A model generated the notes under the pieces. That model did no database searches, was not told where the DNA came from, and was given only the letters and a program-made list of their open reading frames with translations. The translations under genes and the position numbers were made by a program. A stretch of DNA of 64,000 nucleotides from Gammaproteobacteria bacterium (lineage in GTDB: Bacteria; Pseudomonadota; Gammaproteobacteria; UBA4575), in contig CBDCUI010000009.1 of assembly GCA_965222615.1 (NCBI GenBank), forward strand, positions 544,001 to 608,000, read 5' to 3'. This document shows, piece by piece, positions 20,211 through 30,718 of this stretch; positions within the stretch are counted from its first letter, which is position 1, and each line of letters starts with the position of its first letter.

Positions 20211-21194
20211 CTACTCATATAAACTTATTGCCGGCTCATTTAGTTCACCCAGCTGTTCACGCAAATCCAATATGTGCTGTTCCCAATACTGAGTCGTGTT
20301 AAACCATGGAAACGCCCGAGGAAAAGCGGGATCGTCCCACCTTCTTGCTAACCATGCACTAAAATAAATAATGCGCAAAGTCCGTAAAGCTTCAATAAAC
20401 TTTAACTGATCTAATGGAAATTCAGCAAATTCATTATAGCCTTGCATAATTTCGCTAAGCTGGGCAAATTGACGTGCTCTATTACCCGAAAGCAACATCC
20501 ATATATCTTGGATCGCCGGTGCCATTCGTGCATCATCAAAATCAATAAAATGTGGAGCATCATCACGCCACAAAATATTTCCAACATGACAATCACCATG
20601 TACACGAATATTCTCTACATCCTGCGCTTCATCGTATATCCTATCAATGATTGCTAAAATCTCATCCGCTAACACCTCATATGCTTCCCTTATGTGTTCA
20701 GGAATAAATTCAGTTTTAATCAAGGCAACACTTTCATGACCAAAATTTTTACATGTTATTGCTGGGCGGTGTTGAAACGAATTTGCTGCACCTACTTTAT
20801 GCATGCGGCCCAGAAATCTACCCAAGCTGAAAAGATTATCTAAGTTATCTAGTTCTGGGGCATATCCTCCTTTTCTCGGATATAAGGCAAGTCGAAAACT
20901 GTCACAGTGCAACAATGTTTCACCATTAATTGTTAATGGTGAGACTACTGGCAAATCATGCTCAACTAATTCGATACTGAACTGATGTTCTTCTAGTATT
21001 TGCTCATTAGACCACCGTCGTGGGCGGTAAAATTTAGCAATTAGTGGCTCACTTTCTTCTATGCCAACTTGATAAACGCGGTTCTCATAGCTATTTAATG
21101 CCAATATGCGTCCATCACAACGATAGTTGTAATTTTCTACTGCATTTAAAATGAAATCTGGAGTTAACGTTTCAAATGGATGAGAAGACTGCAT
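20211..21194 (-). CDS. srkA: Stress response Ser/Thr kinase SrkA (RdoA/YihE)
   Basis: LNSYENRVY, KFYRP.RW, HGDCHVGNILW, DFDD, QDIWMLL, RRWDDPAFP. Confidence 0.95.
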   Translation of the reverse strand: MQSSHPFETLTPDFILNAVENYNYRCDGRILALNSYENRVYQVGIEESEPLIAKFYRPRRWSNEQILEEHQFSIELVEHDLPVVSPLTINGETLLHCDSFRLALYPRKGGYAPELDNLDNLFSLGRFLGRMHKVGAANSFQHRPAITCKNFGHESVALIKTEFIPEHIREAYEVLADEILAIIDRIYDEAQDVENIRVHGDCHVGNILWRDDAPHFIDFDDARMAPAIQDIWMLLSGNRARQFAQLSEIMQGYNEFAEFPLDQLKFIEALRTLRIIYFSAWLARRWDDPAFPRAFPWFNTTQYWEQHILDLREQLGELNEPAISLYE

Positions 21195-21256
21195 ATCGAT
21201 TTAGATCTATGTTTAACATTACACAAAAACATATTTAAATGTATTCGTGAAATTTT

Positions 21257-21796
21257 CTACTGTAACAGCTTCAGAATTGCAGCCTCAATGTCTTTTTCAG
21301 TAAACTGGTTATTAGGATTATCGCCTGTTAATCGATATCTTTCAGTTCCGCTTTGATCATAAATAATTACTGCAGGAATACTAATTAACTTAAATTCTTC
21401 AAATGCCTCAAGCATATTTTCATTTATTCTAAAATGATCAAAAGAAGCATTCATTTTGCCTAAAAAATTCTCAGCACTTTCAATCGATTTGATATCTTCT
21501 CGATCATCCATATTCATTGAAACAAATTGCACATTACGATCTCGATATTTTTCGTGTATTTTCACCATTTCTGGAAACCTTTCTAAGCAGGAAATACACC
21601 ACATTGCCCACATATCTACAACGATGATTTTAGAATTATACTCATCAAGCTTTTGTGTCCACTCTTGAAAAGTCAGTGGGAGTATAGAAACAGCTAACTC
21701 CTCCTCAGTATTACAACTAAAGAGTATTAAAGAGATGATACAAATTAAACATCTTATTGTATTACTGGACATATTTAACACTGCAACCATAGGCAC
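21257..21796 (-). CDS. TlpA-like thiol:disulfide oxidoreductase (probable lipoprotein)
   Basis: WAMWCISC CxxC motif, SIP cis-Pro loop, LFSC lipobox-like sequence. Confidence 0.85.
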   Translation of the reverse strand: MPMVAVLNMSSNTIRCLICIISLILFSCNTEEELAVSILPLTFQEWTQKLDEYNSKIIVVDMWAMWCISCLERFPEMVKIHEKYRDRNVQFVSMNMDDREDIKSIESAENFLGKMNASFDHFRINENMLEAFEEFKLISIPAVIIYDQSGTERYRLTGDNPNNQFTEKDIEAAILKLLQ

Positions 21797-22394
21797 GTGT
21801 TTCTTTAATTGCTACCTCGCTGTTTTCAAGCATTGCTTGAATAGCATCTCGAACAAAAAACTGACTGGGCTCACCGTTGATATGTTTTATTGAACCATCG
21901 CTATTCATCTTTGCCGGTGAATCATACAATGCACCCATATAGGTCAATTTTCTGTTTTTATCAAAGACAAAATATTCTGGAGTACGTGTTGCACCAAGTT
22001 TACGGCCCAGTTCCTGACTTTCATCATATATGTAGGTGAAGTTGTAGCCATATTTTTTTGCATGCTTTTTCATCGCAGAAAGTCGATCCTCCTTACGATG
22101 ATTCACGCTCAGACCAATTACACGTACACTTCGATTCTCAAATGCATCAACAAGCTCAATCAAATCTTTATCCATACCTCTTACCCATGGACAATGATTA
22201 GCAAGCGAAACCAAAACCACTATGTCCTCTTTAAGATCGCTAGAAGATAACACCGTTCCTGCAGTAGTTGGTAAATGCTTAAATTCTGGTAGTGTGTCCC
22301 CAATATCCAGTACTGAATTATATTTTCCGTCTATTGCTATGTGTGAAAAAAGAAAAAATACTACCGGTATTAATAATTTGGCAGAAAATCTCAT
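21762..22394 (-). CDS. Thioredoxin-fold AhpC/TSA family protein
   Basis: ANHCPWV, GATRTPEYFVFD, GCSVK motifs; signal peptide. Confidence 0.85.
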   Translation of the reverse strand: MRFSAKLLIPVVFFLFSHIAIDGKYNSVLDIGDTLPEFKHLPTTAGTVLSSSDLKEDIVVLVSLANHCPWVRGMDKDLIELVDAFENRSVRVIGLSVNHRKEDRLSAMKKHAKKYGYNFTYIYDESQELGRKLGATRTPEYFVFDKNRKLTYMGALYDSPAKMNSDGSIKHINGEPSQFFVRDAIQAMLENSEVAIKETRAYGCSVKYVQ

Positions 22395-22480
22395 GTTTGC
22401 TTCGTCTCATGTTATTTATAAATAGACATCGATCCATTACTTTTGTTTCAACTTGAGGACTTAATGTGTAAATTCAAAAT

Positions 22481-23047
22481 TCAGCGGTCCTTAGATATAA
22501 AACTCGCTTTCAAATTATCCATGACATTGTCATAAATTCGAGAATTCCCAGTTATTCTTGCACTCGCAATTGCACCCTGTATGCATGCTGTTATAACTTG
22601 CGCTTGCACTTTAGCAGGGCAAGTAAATAGATATTCACCTGCACTCTTACCTGCTTCAAGATTCTCTTCAAGCCAATCTAGATGGAAAAGAATGAATTTA
22701 CGCACTTCACTCTGGAGTTCAGGAGATACTGCATCCCAGGTTGATGCAAAAGAGCCACCTGGACACATACGCTGCCCCCCCGCCTGAACCATTCGAAACA
22801 GCGCAAAATAGGTAAGCAATTGCTCGACGGGAGACTTTCCTTGTACTTTCTCAAGCTCATTTTGAATTGCATGTTTAGACTTATGCAAAATTGCCTTTGC
22901 AATATCGTCTTTAGAGGAGAAATGGTGGTAGAGACTTGGCTTTCGAATACCTACTTCATCCGCGATATCTTGAAAACTGAATCCATGATAGGCACGGGTT
23001 TGTAGAAGCCTGCTGGCCGATTCAAGTATTTTGTCTCGTGTATTCAT
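22481..23047 (-). CDS. TetR/AcrR family regulator (NemR-like)
   Basis: N-terminal HTH (GFSFQDIADEVGIRKPSLYHHFSSK); Cys in MCPGG; the ATG at 23047 is the likely start. Confidence 0.92.
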   Translation of the reverse strand: MNTRDKILESASRLLQTRAYHGFSFQDIADEVGIRKPSLYHHFSSKDDIAKAILHKSKHAIQNELEKVQGKSPVEQLLTYFALFRMVQAGGQRMCPGGSFASTWDAVSPELQSEVRKFILFHLDWLEENLEAGKSAGEYLFTCPAKVQAQVITACIQGAIASARITGNSRIYDNVMDNLKASFISKDR

Positions 23048-23049
23048 AA

Positions 23050-23138
23050 CTACCAATCATAAGGTAGAAATATTATTTTTTCAATAAAATTACTGAAATT
23101 AATGCTTGACATCACTATTCTACCTATCGTAAGGTAGA
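23050..23138. promoter_or_regulatory. Two palindromic TetR-type operators (CTACC-N8-GGTAG) and a sigma70-like promoter
   Basis: CTACCAATCATAAGGTAG (23050-23067) and TCTACCTATCGTAAGGTAGA (23119-23138); TTGACA at 23106-23111 directly upstream of the second site. Confidence 0.75.
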
Positions 23139-23215
23139 TTTCTCGATTATATTTACTAATTTTAAGGGCCCTGATCGAGATTAACTTTAACCTCAGAAAT
23201 ATCAGGAGAATAGAC

Positions 23216-23635
23216 ATGAACTCAATACACATAAATTCAATAAATGTTATAGCTACTTTAGTGGTTTTAACCTTTTCAGCTTTAGCTTTAGCGAGCGACA
23301 ATGAGCTATGGCGTGAGCAGGTTTCTACTAGTGATGGTCATACAATTTGTGCAGTTACGACTGCTGTACATGGTGAATCATCATTTTTGGATGACGTACT
23401 CGATAATCGTTTTCAGGCCTCTACTAATGTAAAGCAGACAGTCTGCACAGTAACGACTGGTGAGCTCGATGGGTCATCATTTTTGGATGACGTGCGCAAC
23501 ATTCATCTGCCAACCATTCAAAAAGATAAAGCTTTTGTAGAACAAAGACAGAGACTTTTTGGAAGCACCGATTCTGTACGAGGAAACTGGTTCTTAAAAG
23601 CTATATCACCTAAGACGTACGGCCAAGAGAGCTAG
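23216..23635 (+). CDS. Secreted hypothetical protein with an internal duplicated motif
   Basis: Signal peptide (ALA-S), AGGAG SD, repeat TICAVTT..GESSFLDDV / TVCTVTT..DGSSFLDDV. Confidence 0.6.
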   Translation: MNSIHINSINVIATLVVLTFSALALASDNELWREQVSTSDGHTICAVTTAVHGESSFLDDVLDNRFQASTNVKQTVCTVTTGELDGSSFLDDVRNIHLPTIQKDKAFVEQRQRLFGSTDSVRGNWFLKAISPKTYGQES

Positions 23636-23650
23636 TGCTGTTGTATTTAC

Positions 23651-23684
23651 TCACGAGACTATCTGTTATCAGTTAGTCTCGTGA
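23651..23684 (+). terminator. Hairpin, probable terminator
   Basis: TCACGAGACTA ... TAGTCTCGTGA 11-bp stem between convergent genes. Confidence 0.6.
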
Positions 23685-23859
23685 ATGTTTATCGATAAGT
23701 TGTTGGGAACATATTTTTAGCATCTTGTGTTAAGGAAAATATTTTTGTTCACGCTGTTTACTATTTCACAAAACGTATTTCATTATTTATCTAATGATAT
23801 CTTCATACTTTGACTTTGTTGCTTACACACTTGGTTCATGAGTAATCAACTAGTTCTTT

Positions 23860-26745
23860 CTATTGAATGATCGCAATTCTGACAGCATCCAGCTTTAGTT
23901 GTGCCTGCTGCATAAATTCTTTCATCTGAATAGAACTTGCTTTTAAATACTCTAACTCTTCTTTTCTAATATTTGGATTTACCTTCGATAAAGATTCGAG
24001 TCGGTCTAGCTCAGCGTTTTGCATGGTTTGCATTCTTTGGATACCTGTTTCAATAATTGTTTTCCTTTGTGTCTCTACCATGGCTTCACCATGCTTTACT
24101 AACTCAGCAATTTGTTTACGTGCATAACGTATAACATTTTGTCCTGTAACTGATTTAATTCGTTCTGCTAGACGATTCATCTGGTCAACTGTCAATATTT
24201 CGCTTAAATCATTTTCATTCAGATCAGTGACGACTCGAACTAATGATTGTGGAAAATAACGTTGTATTTGTAGTTGTTTGGGTGCAGCACAATGGATAGT
24301 AAAAATACCTTCAAACAACAATGTACCCGGTTTTATAGATTTTAGTTTCAAAGTACATAAGGTCGCATTGCCATACTCACCCGACAAAATCATATCCATT
24401 GCTCCAATCACCATTGGGTGTTCCCATGTATGAAACTGCATATCCTCCCGTACTAAGGCCTTAGTACGATCATAAGTAGCCGTTAGGCCATCTTCAGGCA
24501 AGCCTGGAAAGCTCTCCCCATGCATGTGATCACTTGGCTGTACGACCACACTATGCGTGCTATGGTATTGTTGATCTACCCCGAAATTATCAAATACACG
24601 TTCCATATAATCAGATAACTCTAATTGCTTAGTCGCATCTAAAATCCCATTTACGACTTTTGTTGCTTGCTGCGGATTACATGAATTCAACTCAAGTAAA
24701 CGATAACGACCTTGTTGTAGAACTTGTAACATTTCTTTAGAACTAGCACGAGTATCTTCCAATAGAGACGCGAATTCAGCTTCATTCGCTTGATCTATCA
24801 AGCATTCAAATAGTCGTTGAGAATATCTTTGGTAGATGCTTTCTCCAATTGAACATACTTTTTGAAATGCATCTAAGCCCTCATGATACCAGCGCATTAA
24901 CTTATTCTGTGCACCCATTGAATAGTGAGGCACATGGATTTTCACAGTATGTGTTTGTCCGATGCGGTCTAAACGACCAATACGTTGTTCTAACAAATCA
25001 GGATTAAGTGGAATATCGAACAAAACCAGATGATGCGAAAATTGAAAATTCCTCCCTTCACTACCAATTTCAGAACAGATCAAGACTTGTGCACCCTCAT
25101 CTTCATCTGCAAAGTATGCTGCTGCTCGATCTCTTGCGATTAAATCTAGTCCTTCATGAAATACTGCTGATCGAATAGCGTGTTGCATACGTAGATATGC
25201 TTCCAACATCTTTGCAGTATTTGCCAAGGCACAAATAACTAGTACTTTTACATCACGGTGACGTAACAACCAATTCGCTAACCACTCTACCCTTGGGTCA
25301 AGATTTAGCCAATCATCTCCAAATAAAAGTTCCGGATGCAAAAATGACAGTAAATTAGATTTATCCATTTCTTGTATAGCTTTTTCAGCATACGCCTGGA
25401 GATATTCCGCAGGTGTAGTCAAGGCATAATGATGTAATTCACGCTGCGGAAATCCTTCAACCGTATCGCGTGTATTACGGAACAAGACTCTGCCGGTGCC
25501 GTGCCGATCCAGTAGATTTTGGATAAATTCATCCGCAACTTGTCCAGGATTATTTTCCTCAAGTGCTTTTTCTAGTTTTTTTATGGCATCCTCACCCAAG
25601 TATGCAGTGACATCATCCACAAAACTTGTGTCATTACTTAATTTCTCTTCAACATCTTCTGCAAGTAATTTCTGAACTAATTCATTTATAGGTTGATAGC
25701 TTTCCTCCTCTTGTCTGAATTTTTGTAAATCGTAATAGCGATCAGGGTCCAGCAAACGCAGACGTGCAAAATGCCCATCCAACCCTAATTGCTCGGGTGT
25801 TGCAGTTAACAATAATAGCCCTGGAATCTGTTGTGCTAACGCTTCGATACAAATATAAGCTGGACTAGCTTCATTTTCAGTCCAAGTTAAATGATGCGCC
25901 TCATCGACAACCAATAAATCCCAATCTACGGCTAATGCTTGTGAATGGCGCTCACTGTCTTTCACTAACAAAGATAATGAACATAAAATACATTGCGCAC
26001 TGTCAAATGGATTGTCCTGTTCTGCAGCTTCTAAAGCCTCGCACCGCTCTGCATCTAAAATAGTAAATTGCAAATTAAAGCGTCGTGACATCTCTACTAA
26101 CCACTGATGCACTAAACTGTCCGGAACAATTATAAGAACTCGACTTGCTCGACCTGTCAAAAGCTGTTGATGCAAAATTAAGCCGGCCTCAATGGTTTTA
26201 CCAAGTCCCACTTCGTCTGCCAGCAATACTCTCGGAGCATGTCTACGTGCAACTCGATAGGCGATATAAAGTTGGTGAGGAAGTAATTGCACACGAGGAC
26301 CCAATAATCCATAAGTAGGAGACTGTCGCAAATGATACAAATGAAATAAGGTTTCGACTCGTAACTCAAAACTGCTGTTTTTATCTATTTGTCCAGCAAA
26401 CAATCGATCTTGCGGGCGACTAAATTGAACAAAACTTTCAAGATCAATTTCTTCAATAGAAATCAGTTTACCATCGGCATCAACACCTTCATAAATCAAA
26501 CAGCCTCCCTGTTCATGAATTTGAGATACTGTAATACTTACACCTTCGGCATTACTAACTTCTTCTCCTATTTCATAATGCACACGACTCAGTGGCGCGT
26601 TATCGATTGCATAGGTGCGTCGCTCTCCTACTGCAGGAAAACTAATAGTCACTCGACGATTCGCAGTATCCATAATAATCCCAAGGCCGAGTTCAGATTC
26701 TGTATTACTGACCCAACGCTGCCCTGGAACAAACTGAAAATCCAT
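23860..26745 (-). CDS. rapA: RNA polymerase-associated SWI2/SNF2 ATPase RapA
   Basis: GQRWVSNTESELGLG, LLADEVGLGKTIEAG, DEAHH, TATPEQ, SEIGSEGRNFQF, EQRIGRLDRIGQ. Confidence 0.97.
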   Translation of the reverse strand: MDFQFVPGQRWVSNTESELGLGIIMDTANRRVTISFPAVGERRTYAIDNAPLSRVHYEIGEEVSNAEGVSITVSQIHEQGGCLIYEGVDADGKLISIEEIDLESFVQFSRPQDRLFAGQIDKNSSFELRVETLFHLYHLRQSPTYGLLGPRVQLLPHQLYIAYRVARRHAPRVLLADEVGLGKTIEAGLILHQQLLTGRASRVLIIVPDSLVHQWLVEMSRRFNLQFTILDAERCEALEAAEQDNPFDSAQCILCSLSLLVKDSERHSQALAVDWDLLVVDEAHHLTWTENEASPAYICIEALAQQIPGLLLLTATPEQLGLDGHFARLRLLDPDRYYDLQKFRQEEESYQPINELVQKLLAEDVEEKLSNDTSFVDDVTAYLGEDAIKKLEKALEENNPGQVADEFIQNLLDRHGTGRVLFRNTRDTVEGFPQRELHHYALTTPAEYLQAYAEKAIQEMDKSNLLSFLHPELLFGDDWLNLDPRVEWLANWLLRHRDVKVLVICALANTAKMLEAYLRMQHAIRSAVFHEGLDLIARDRAAAYFADEDEGAQVLICSEIGSEGRNFQFSHHLVLFDIPLNPDLLEQRIGRLDRIGQTHTVKIHVPHYSMGAQNKLMRWYHEGLDAFQKVCSIGESIYQRYSQRLFECLIDQANEAEFASLLEDTRASSKEMLQVLQQGRYRLLELNSCNPQQATKVVNGILDATKQLELSDYMERVFDNFGVDQQYHSTHSVVVQPSDHMHGESFPGLPEDGLTATYDRTKALVREDMQFHTWEHPMVIGAMDMILSGEYGNATLCTLKLKSIKPGTLLFEGIFTIHCAAPKQLQIQRYFPQSLVRVVTDLNENDLSEILTVDQMNRLAERIKSVTGQNVIRYARKQIAELVKHGEAMVETQRKTIIETGIQRMQTMQNAELDRLESLSKVNPNIRKEELEYLKASSIQMKEFMQQAQLKLDAVRIAIIQ

Positions 26746-27330
26746 AGCTATTAATTTCTTTAAAAAAGGTTAAGTAAACTATTTACATTAATCTGCAGGA
26801 AAGGAGTATGACCTAATCTAGCTGCTAGATAAATTACTCAAGAAGAATCTGAAACTAATTTAAAATAATGAAGTAATTGACAATGAGAAGACTATATGGA
26901 TTAAGCACCATACCATAACTAAATACTGCCCTATGTATTAATGATTATTCTATTGTACTTAAGAGGTACTATTTGATTTATTTATCTGAAATGGCTTCGT
27001 AAAATTGCTCTTCAGAAATCTCATTACGATCAAAATAAAGCTTAAACAGCTGTTTTGCGCGTTTATCATTATTCACAATTTTCTTTAAAAAACAGCGCAT
27101 TAACTGAGTAGCTTCACTGACGTGTTTGGATGAATTTTTCGTTGCCACTCCAACTCCTTTTTTTGGCAATCATGAAGAAACCAAAGCTTACTAGCATTTA
27201 CTAACGCAGTTGATCATTTGCTAGACCTAAAGGGCTAAATTACCGATCAACAAAACCATTCACTACATATTAAAGCTACATAAATATTTTGAATAAACGG
27301 CTATTAAATAAAATAGCAAAAAACAGATAT

Positions 27331-27361
27331 AAAAAAGCCGTAATGAAAGTTACAGCTTTTT
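27331..27361 (-). terminator. Probable terminator after the lipoprotein gene
   Basis: AAAAAAGCCGTAA-loop-TTACAGCTTTTT imperfect stem with A/T tracts. Confidence 0.5.
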
Positions 27362-27396
27362 ACTCTAATGGATTTATAAAGTTGTTATAAGTTTTA

Positions 27397-27843
27397 TCAG
27401 TTAGTAGGAGATCGTTGTCCTTGTCCAGCATCTGCTACATTTTCTGAATTTTGCTTTTTCTTCATTTCATCTAAATCAGGAATTTCTTCAACTTCAAATC
27501 CACACTCTTTATCAGTAGCAATTACAGCTAATTGGTTATGTCGTTGAATCAGAGCATTAATTTCAACTTGTTCCGCTTTACTTAAATCCATAAAGAACCA
27601 AGGCACTAATAAGAATGCACCTGCAACACCCAACGCAACATTTTTACCTGTTTTCTCGGTCTCTGGAACTAAGCGTCGAATTTCTGTTTTGGTATATTCA
27701 ATTTCTTTTTCTAATGCTACACAAGATTTATCTGTGTCGCCGTGTTGATAAACTTGAACTGGATGCGCTTCTCTGCCCGCACAACCAAAAATGATTGAGG
27801 CCACTACAAATACTACTACTAGCTTATACAATGTTTGCTTCAT
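27397..27843 (-). CDS. Hypothetical lipoprotein
   Basis: IFGC lipobox; KTGKNVALGVAGAFLLVPWFFMD hydrophobic motif; Cys pair. Confidence 0.75.
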   Translation of the reverse strand: MKQTLYKLVVVFVVASIIFGCAGREAHPVQVYQHGDTDKSCVALEKEIEYTKTEIRRLVPETEKTGKNVALGVAGAFLLVPWFFMDLSKAEQVEINALIQRHNQLAVIATDKECGFEVEEIPDLDEMKKKQNSENVADAGQGQRSPTN

Positions 27844-28182
27844 TACATATCCCTTTTTATTTTCTGAATAGACTTCCTTGTCACTGATATTTGGGCATTT
27901 GCCCGTATTAGCTTATGGAATAGCCCTCAAAATAACTATTTCAAAAATATAGTGTATTTAATGATTTGGCGGTAAATTTCGCCATATGGGCAAAAGGCCC
28001 TGATTCGTCGACGAATGATTCTTTAAGACTTTATACTTGTGATTTAAATGTGCCAAGGTGAGAAAACATTCTGACTAACAGATTAAAAGCAGGCAAATCA
28101 GTCCTGTTAAGTATGTAAAAACAGCCTCGGAACTTAATTAGCTTAATACACAGGCAAATTATGCCGCCCTTATTTAGGTCAC

Positions 28183-28902
28183 TTAATTCCAATCACAAAA
28201 AATAGCTTTTGGATATTTCTGGCAATACCGCTCTGTAAAGGTTTTGCACTCATTTAAATCAGGTTGTTGTTTACACGTTGCAGCAAATTGAGCTTTTTTA
28301 CATTTATAGGCGCGAGGAAATGTTTCACAAAAATGCTCAAATTTCTCCAATTGAGTATGACATTTCAAAGACTCAGGATCTTGTTTACATCTACTTAAGT
28401 AAGGAGCATATAGGCATTCTTTTGCAAATGGATTTTGCTGACAGTAGATATGGTCATGCTTATTGACATGAGTTGTGACTTGAACATCTTCTACATCTGA
28501 TGCTTCAATTTCTGTAATCTCCTCGTTGTAGCTATCTATTTCGATGACTTCTAATTCTTCAATATCTTGACTTCGTTGGCCCTCCACTTCACTAGTAATC
28601 ACAGCTTCAGGCTCTGTTGCCATGGTTTCCTCTGTGTGAGCGGACTGAGCAGGAACTACTTCATAAATCTCTACTCCATCAGAATCTTGGACCTTGCGAA
28701 ACTCAACAGCCTGCCCATTACTCACCTGTGTTGTGGGCGGCTCAGCTGGAGCTATGGCCTCGCGAGACCGACTAGTTGGTTGCTCTTCAAGATAGGCATC
28801 CAGGAGCTCTGCTTCTGGAATATCAGTAAGATTGGACTCAGCAAATAGAGAAGCTGAAAACAGAAGGGAAACAACCACTAAGAAATAAAACCAATTTTTC
28901 AT
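28183..28902 (-). CDS. Secreted acidic protein with five C-terminal Cx3Px4C repeats
   Basis: Signal peptide, Glu-rich middle, YCQQNPFAKEC/RCKQDPESLKC/FCETFPRAYKC/TCKQQPDLNEC/YCQKYPKAIFC. Confidence 0.75.
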   Translation of the reverse strand: MKNWFYFLVVVSLLFSASLFAESNLTDIPEAELLDAYLEEQPTSRSREAIAPAEPPTTQVSNGQAVEFRKVQDSDGVEIYEVVPAQSAHTEETMATEPEAVITSEVEGQRSQDIEELEVIEIDSYNEEITEIEASDVEDVQVTTHVNKHDHIYCQQNPFAKECLYAPYLSRCKQDPESLKCHTQLEKFEHFCETFPRAYKCKKAQFAATCKQQPDLNECKTFTERYCQKYPKAIFCDWN

Positions 28903-29176
28903 CGTATTTTCCTGGACTCAATTCTAATAACCCTATTAATTGTACTCTTATTACAGTGATTTTCAGCAACAAAATCACATAGATTTTCGTACTCAGCTTT
29001 TTTGAATTATACCCCTGGGTCTAAATTCGAGCTATTTAGAATATTTTTGTTACTAATATTTTGTTTATATAAGACATTAAAAACGCTAAATTACTTTAGC
29101 AGTAAATTTCATACAAAATAGGCACCTATCCTAATATCTTAATATAAGTTCTAATAAAAAAATACGGTCGACAAAA

Positions 29177-29731
29177 ATGAAAAAATTAATAGTAAGAAGT
29201 AAATATAGATATTTTACAATGGTTGTACTTGTCTCATATGGGCTACTTGTTTCGACCAGCACTATTGCAGAAAGCCCCAACTATCAACCTAAGCCTGCTC
29301 CCGAAGTACTCAAACACTTCATTGACCTAGAAGGTGAATGGATTGGCAAACATATCAATCATGAAGGCAAAGAAGAACAAATTAATCTTGTCTATAGAAC
29401 CGTTTCAGGTGGTACCGCAGTTGAGGAAAGAATTTTCGCAGATACACCTAAAGAAATGATTACGGTCTACCATGGCTCTGATGATGGTGGAATTTTAATG
29501 ACACATTACTGCATGCTTGGTAATCAGCCTCGATTACAGTTAGAAAATTCTCACGAAAAGATGTTTAAGTTTATATACCTTGATGGAGTTGGCATTGACC
29601 GTGACAAGTCCGGACATATGGGTGGCATGAAATTAACTATTGTTGATGAAACCACCATTCGACAAGAATGGGACTACTATGAAGAAGGCGAAGTAAAAAA
29701 TACGACTGAATTCACATTCACTAGAAAATAA
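29177..29731 (+). CDS. Conserved hypothetical secreted protein
   Basis: Signal-like N-terminus; L.G.W.G, EMITVYH, MTHYCMLGNQPRL, HM motifs. Confidence 0.7.
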   Translation: MKKLIVRSKYRYFTMVVLVSYGLLVSTSTIAESPNYQPKPAPEVLKHFIDLEGEWIGKHINHEGKEEQINLVYRTVSGGTAVEERIFADTPKEMITVYHGSDDGGILMTHYCMLGNQPRLQLENSHEKMFKFIYLDGVGIDRDKSGHMGGMKLTIVDETTIRQEWDYYEEGEVKNTTEFTFTRK

Positions 29732-29792
29732 ATACCATCCTCTGCCAAAATGCAGATTGTGCTCTGATGAACGCTAAATGATGTATACGCAG

Positions 29793-30260
29793 TTAATGCA
29801 GTATCGTAAACCTTGCAATCTTTGGTTGTACCAAGTTCATAAAATCTCGATATGAAATTTTTAGTAACTCAGTATGTGAGCCCGCATTAAAAACAATTTC
29901 TTCATCATTTAACATACTATCCTCTACATACACATCCATTCCATAGAGATTTCCAAATGGAGGCATCGCTCCAGTTTCACATCCTGGAAATAAGCCTTTG
30001 AAATCATCTTCAGAGGCAAGCTCTACTTGATCTGCCCGAGTTTCCTGTTTAAGCAAACCAAGGTGTATTTTATATTGAGCTGGCAATACTGCCATTGCGA
30101 GTTTACCGTCAATTTTAACTATTACAGTTTTTGCAAACTCAATACCAGGAATATGAGCTGATGCGGCTGTTTCCTGTGCCGTATAAGCGAGTGAATGTGG
30201 AATAGTTATATAGTCAATATGCTCATCATGTAAAAGATTCGTCAGTCTAGTTATCGGCAT
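29793..30260 (-). CDS. YbaK/EbsC family aminoacyl-tRNA deacylase-like protein
   Basis: H..AYTAQE, FAKTVIV, CETGAMPPFG, FNAGSH; ATG at 30260 with GGAGG SD. Confidence 0.9.
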   Translation of the reverse strand: MPITRLTNLLHDEHIDYITIPHSLAYTAQETAASAHIPGIEFAKTVIVKIDGKLAMAVLPAQYKIHLGLLKQETRADQVELASEDDFKGLFPGCETGAMPPFGNLYGMDVYVEDSMLNDEEIVFNAGSHTELLKISYRDFMNLVQPKIARFTILH

Positions 30261-30270
30261 TATGGCCTCC

Positions 30271-30582
30271 TTAAGACAAATGCCTTTCCTTATCGATTTC
30301 TTCAACATCTACAACATTGAATGTACATGAGCCTTCATGCTTTAGAAAATTCGTTTTACAACGTAACTCTATAAAGCCATCTTCTAACAAATGATCCTCT
30401 GATTGAAAATACCATCTAAAGGCCGACAGTGTATGCGCCGTGAGTCCATGCTCTTGGGCATAATCTTCTACAAACTTATTTGCAGCCTCTTCAATATCAT
30501 TGACCGGATGGTCTAAGAAATGTTCTGTTTTTGCTTTATACATTAGGCCAGAACAAATGCTCTTCACGCTGTCATTTTGCAT
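30271..30582 (-). CDS. Hypothetical protein
   Basis: 103-aa ORF with AGGAGG SD, directly upstream of the YbaK-family gene. Confidence 0.6.
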   Translation of the reverse strand: MQNDSVKSICSGLMYKAKTEHFLDHPVNDIEEAANKFVEDYAQEHGLTAHTLSAFRWYFQSEDHLLEDGFIELRCKTNFLKHEGSCTFNVVDVEEIDKERHLS

Positions 30583-30718
30583 GATACGCCTCCTGATTTA
30601 TTCGCGTAATAACAAAAATTATACGCTTGTACTGGTGCCTAAAAAAGCGCTGTTAAGCTAAGCTAGTATTTAATCTGATTAGTTAATGAAGCAAATAGAT
30701 ATAATTAATTATTTTATG

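Noticed and set aside
26978-27169. 63-aa minus-strand ORF, possible pseudogene
   Set aside because: TTG start with no clear SD, no recognisable motif, and upstream frames are closed; I cannot support a call.
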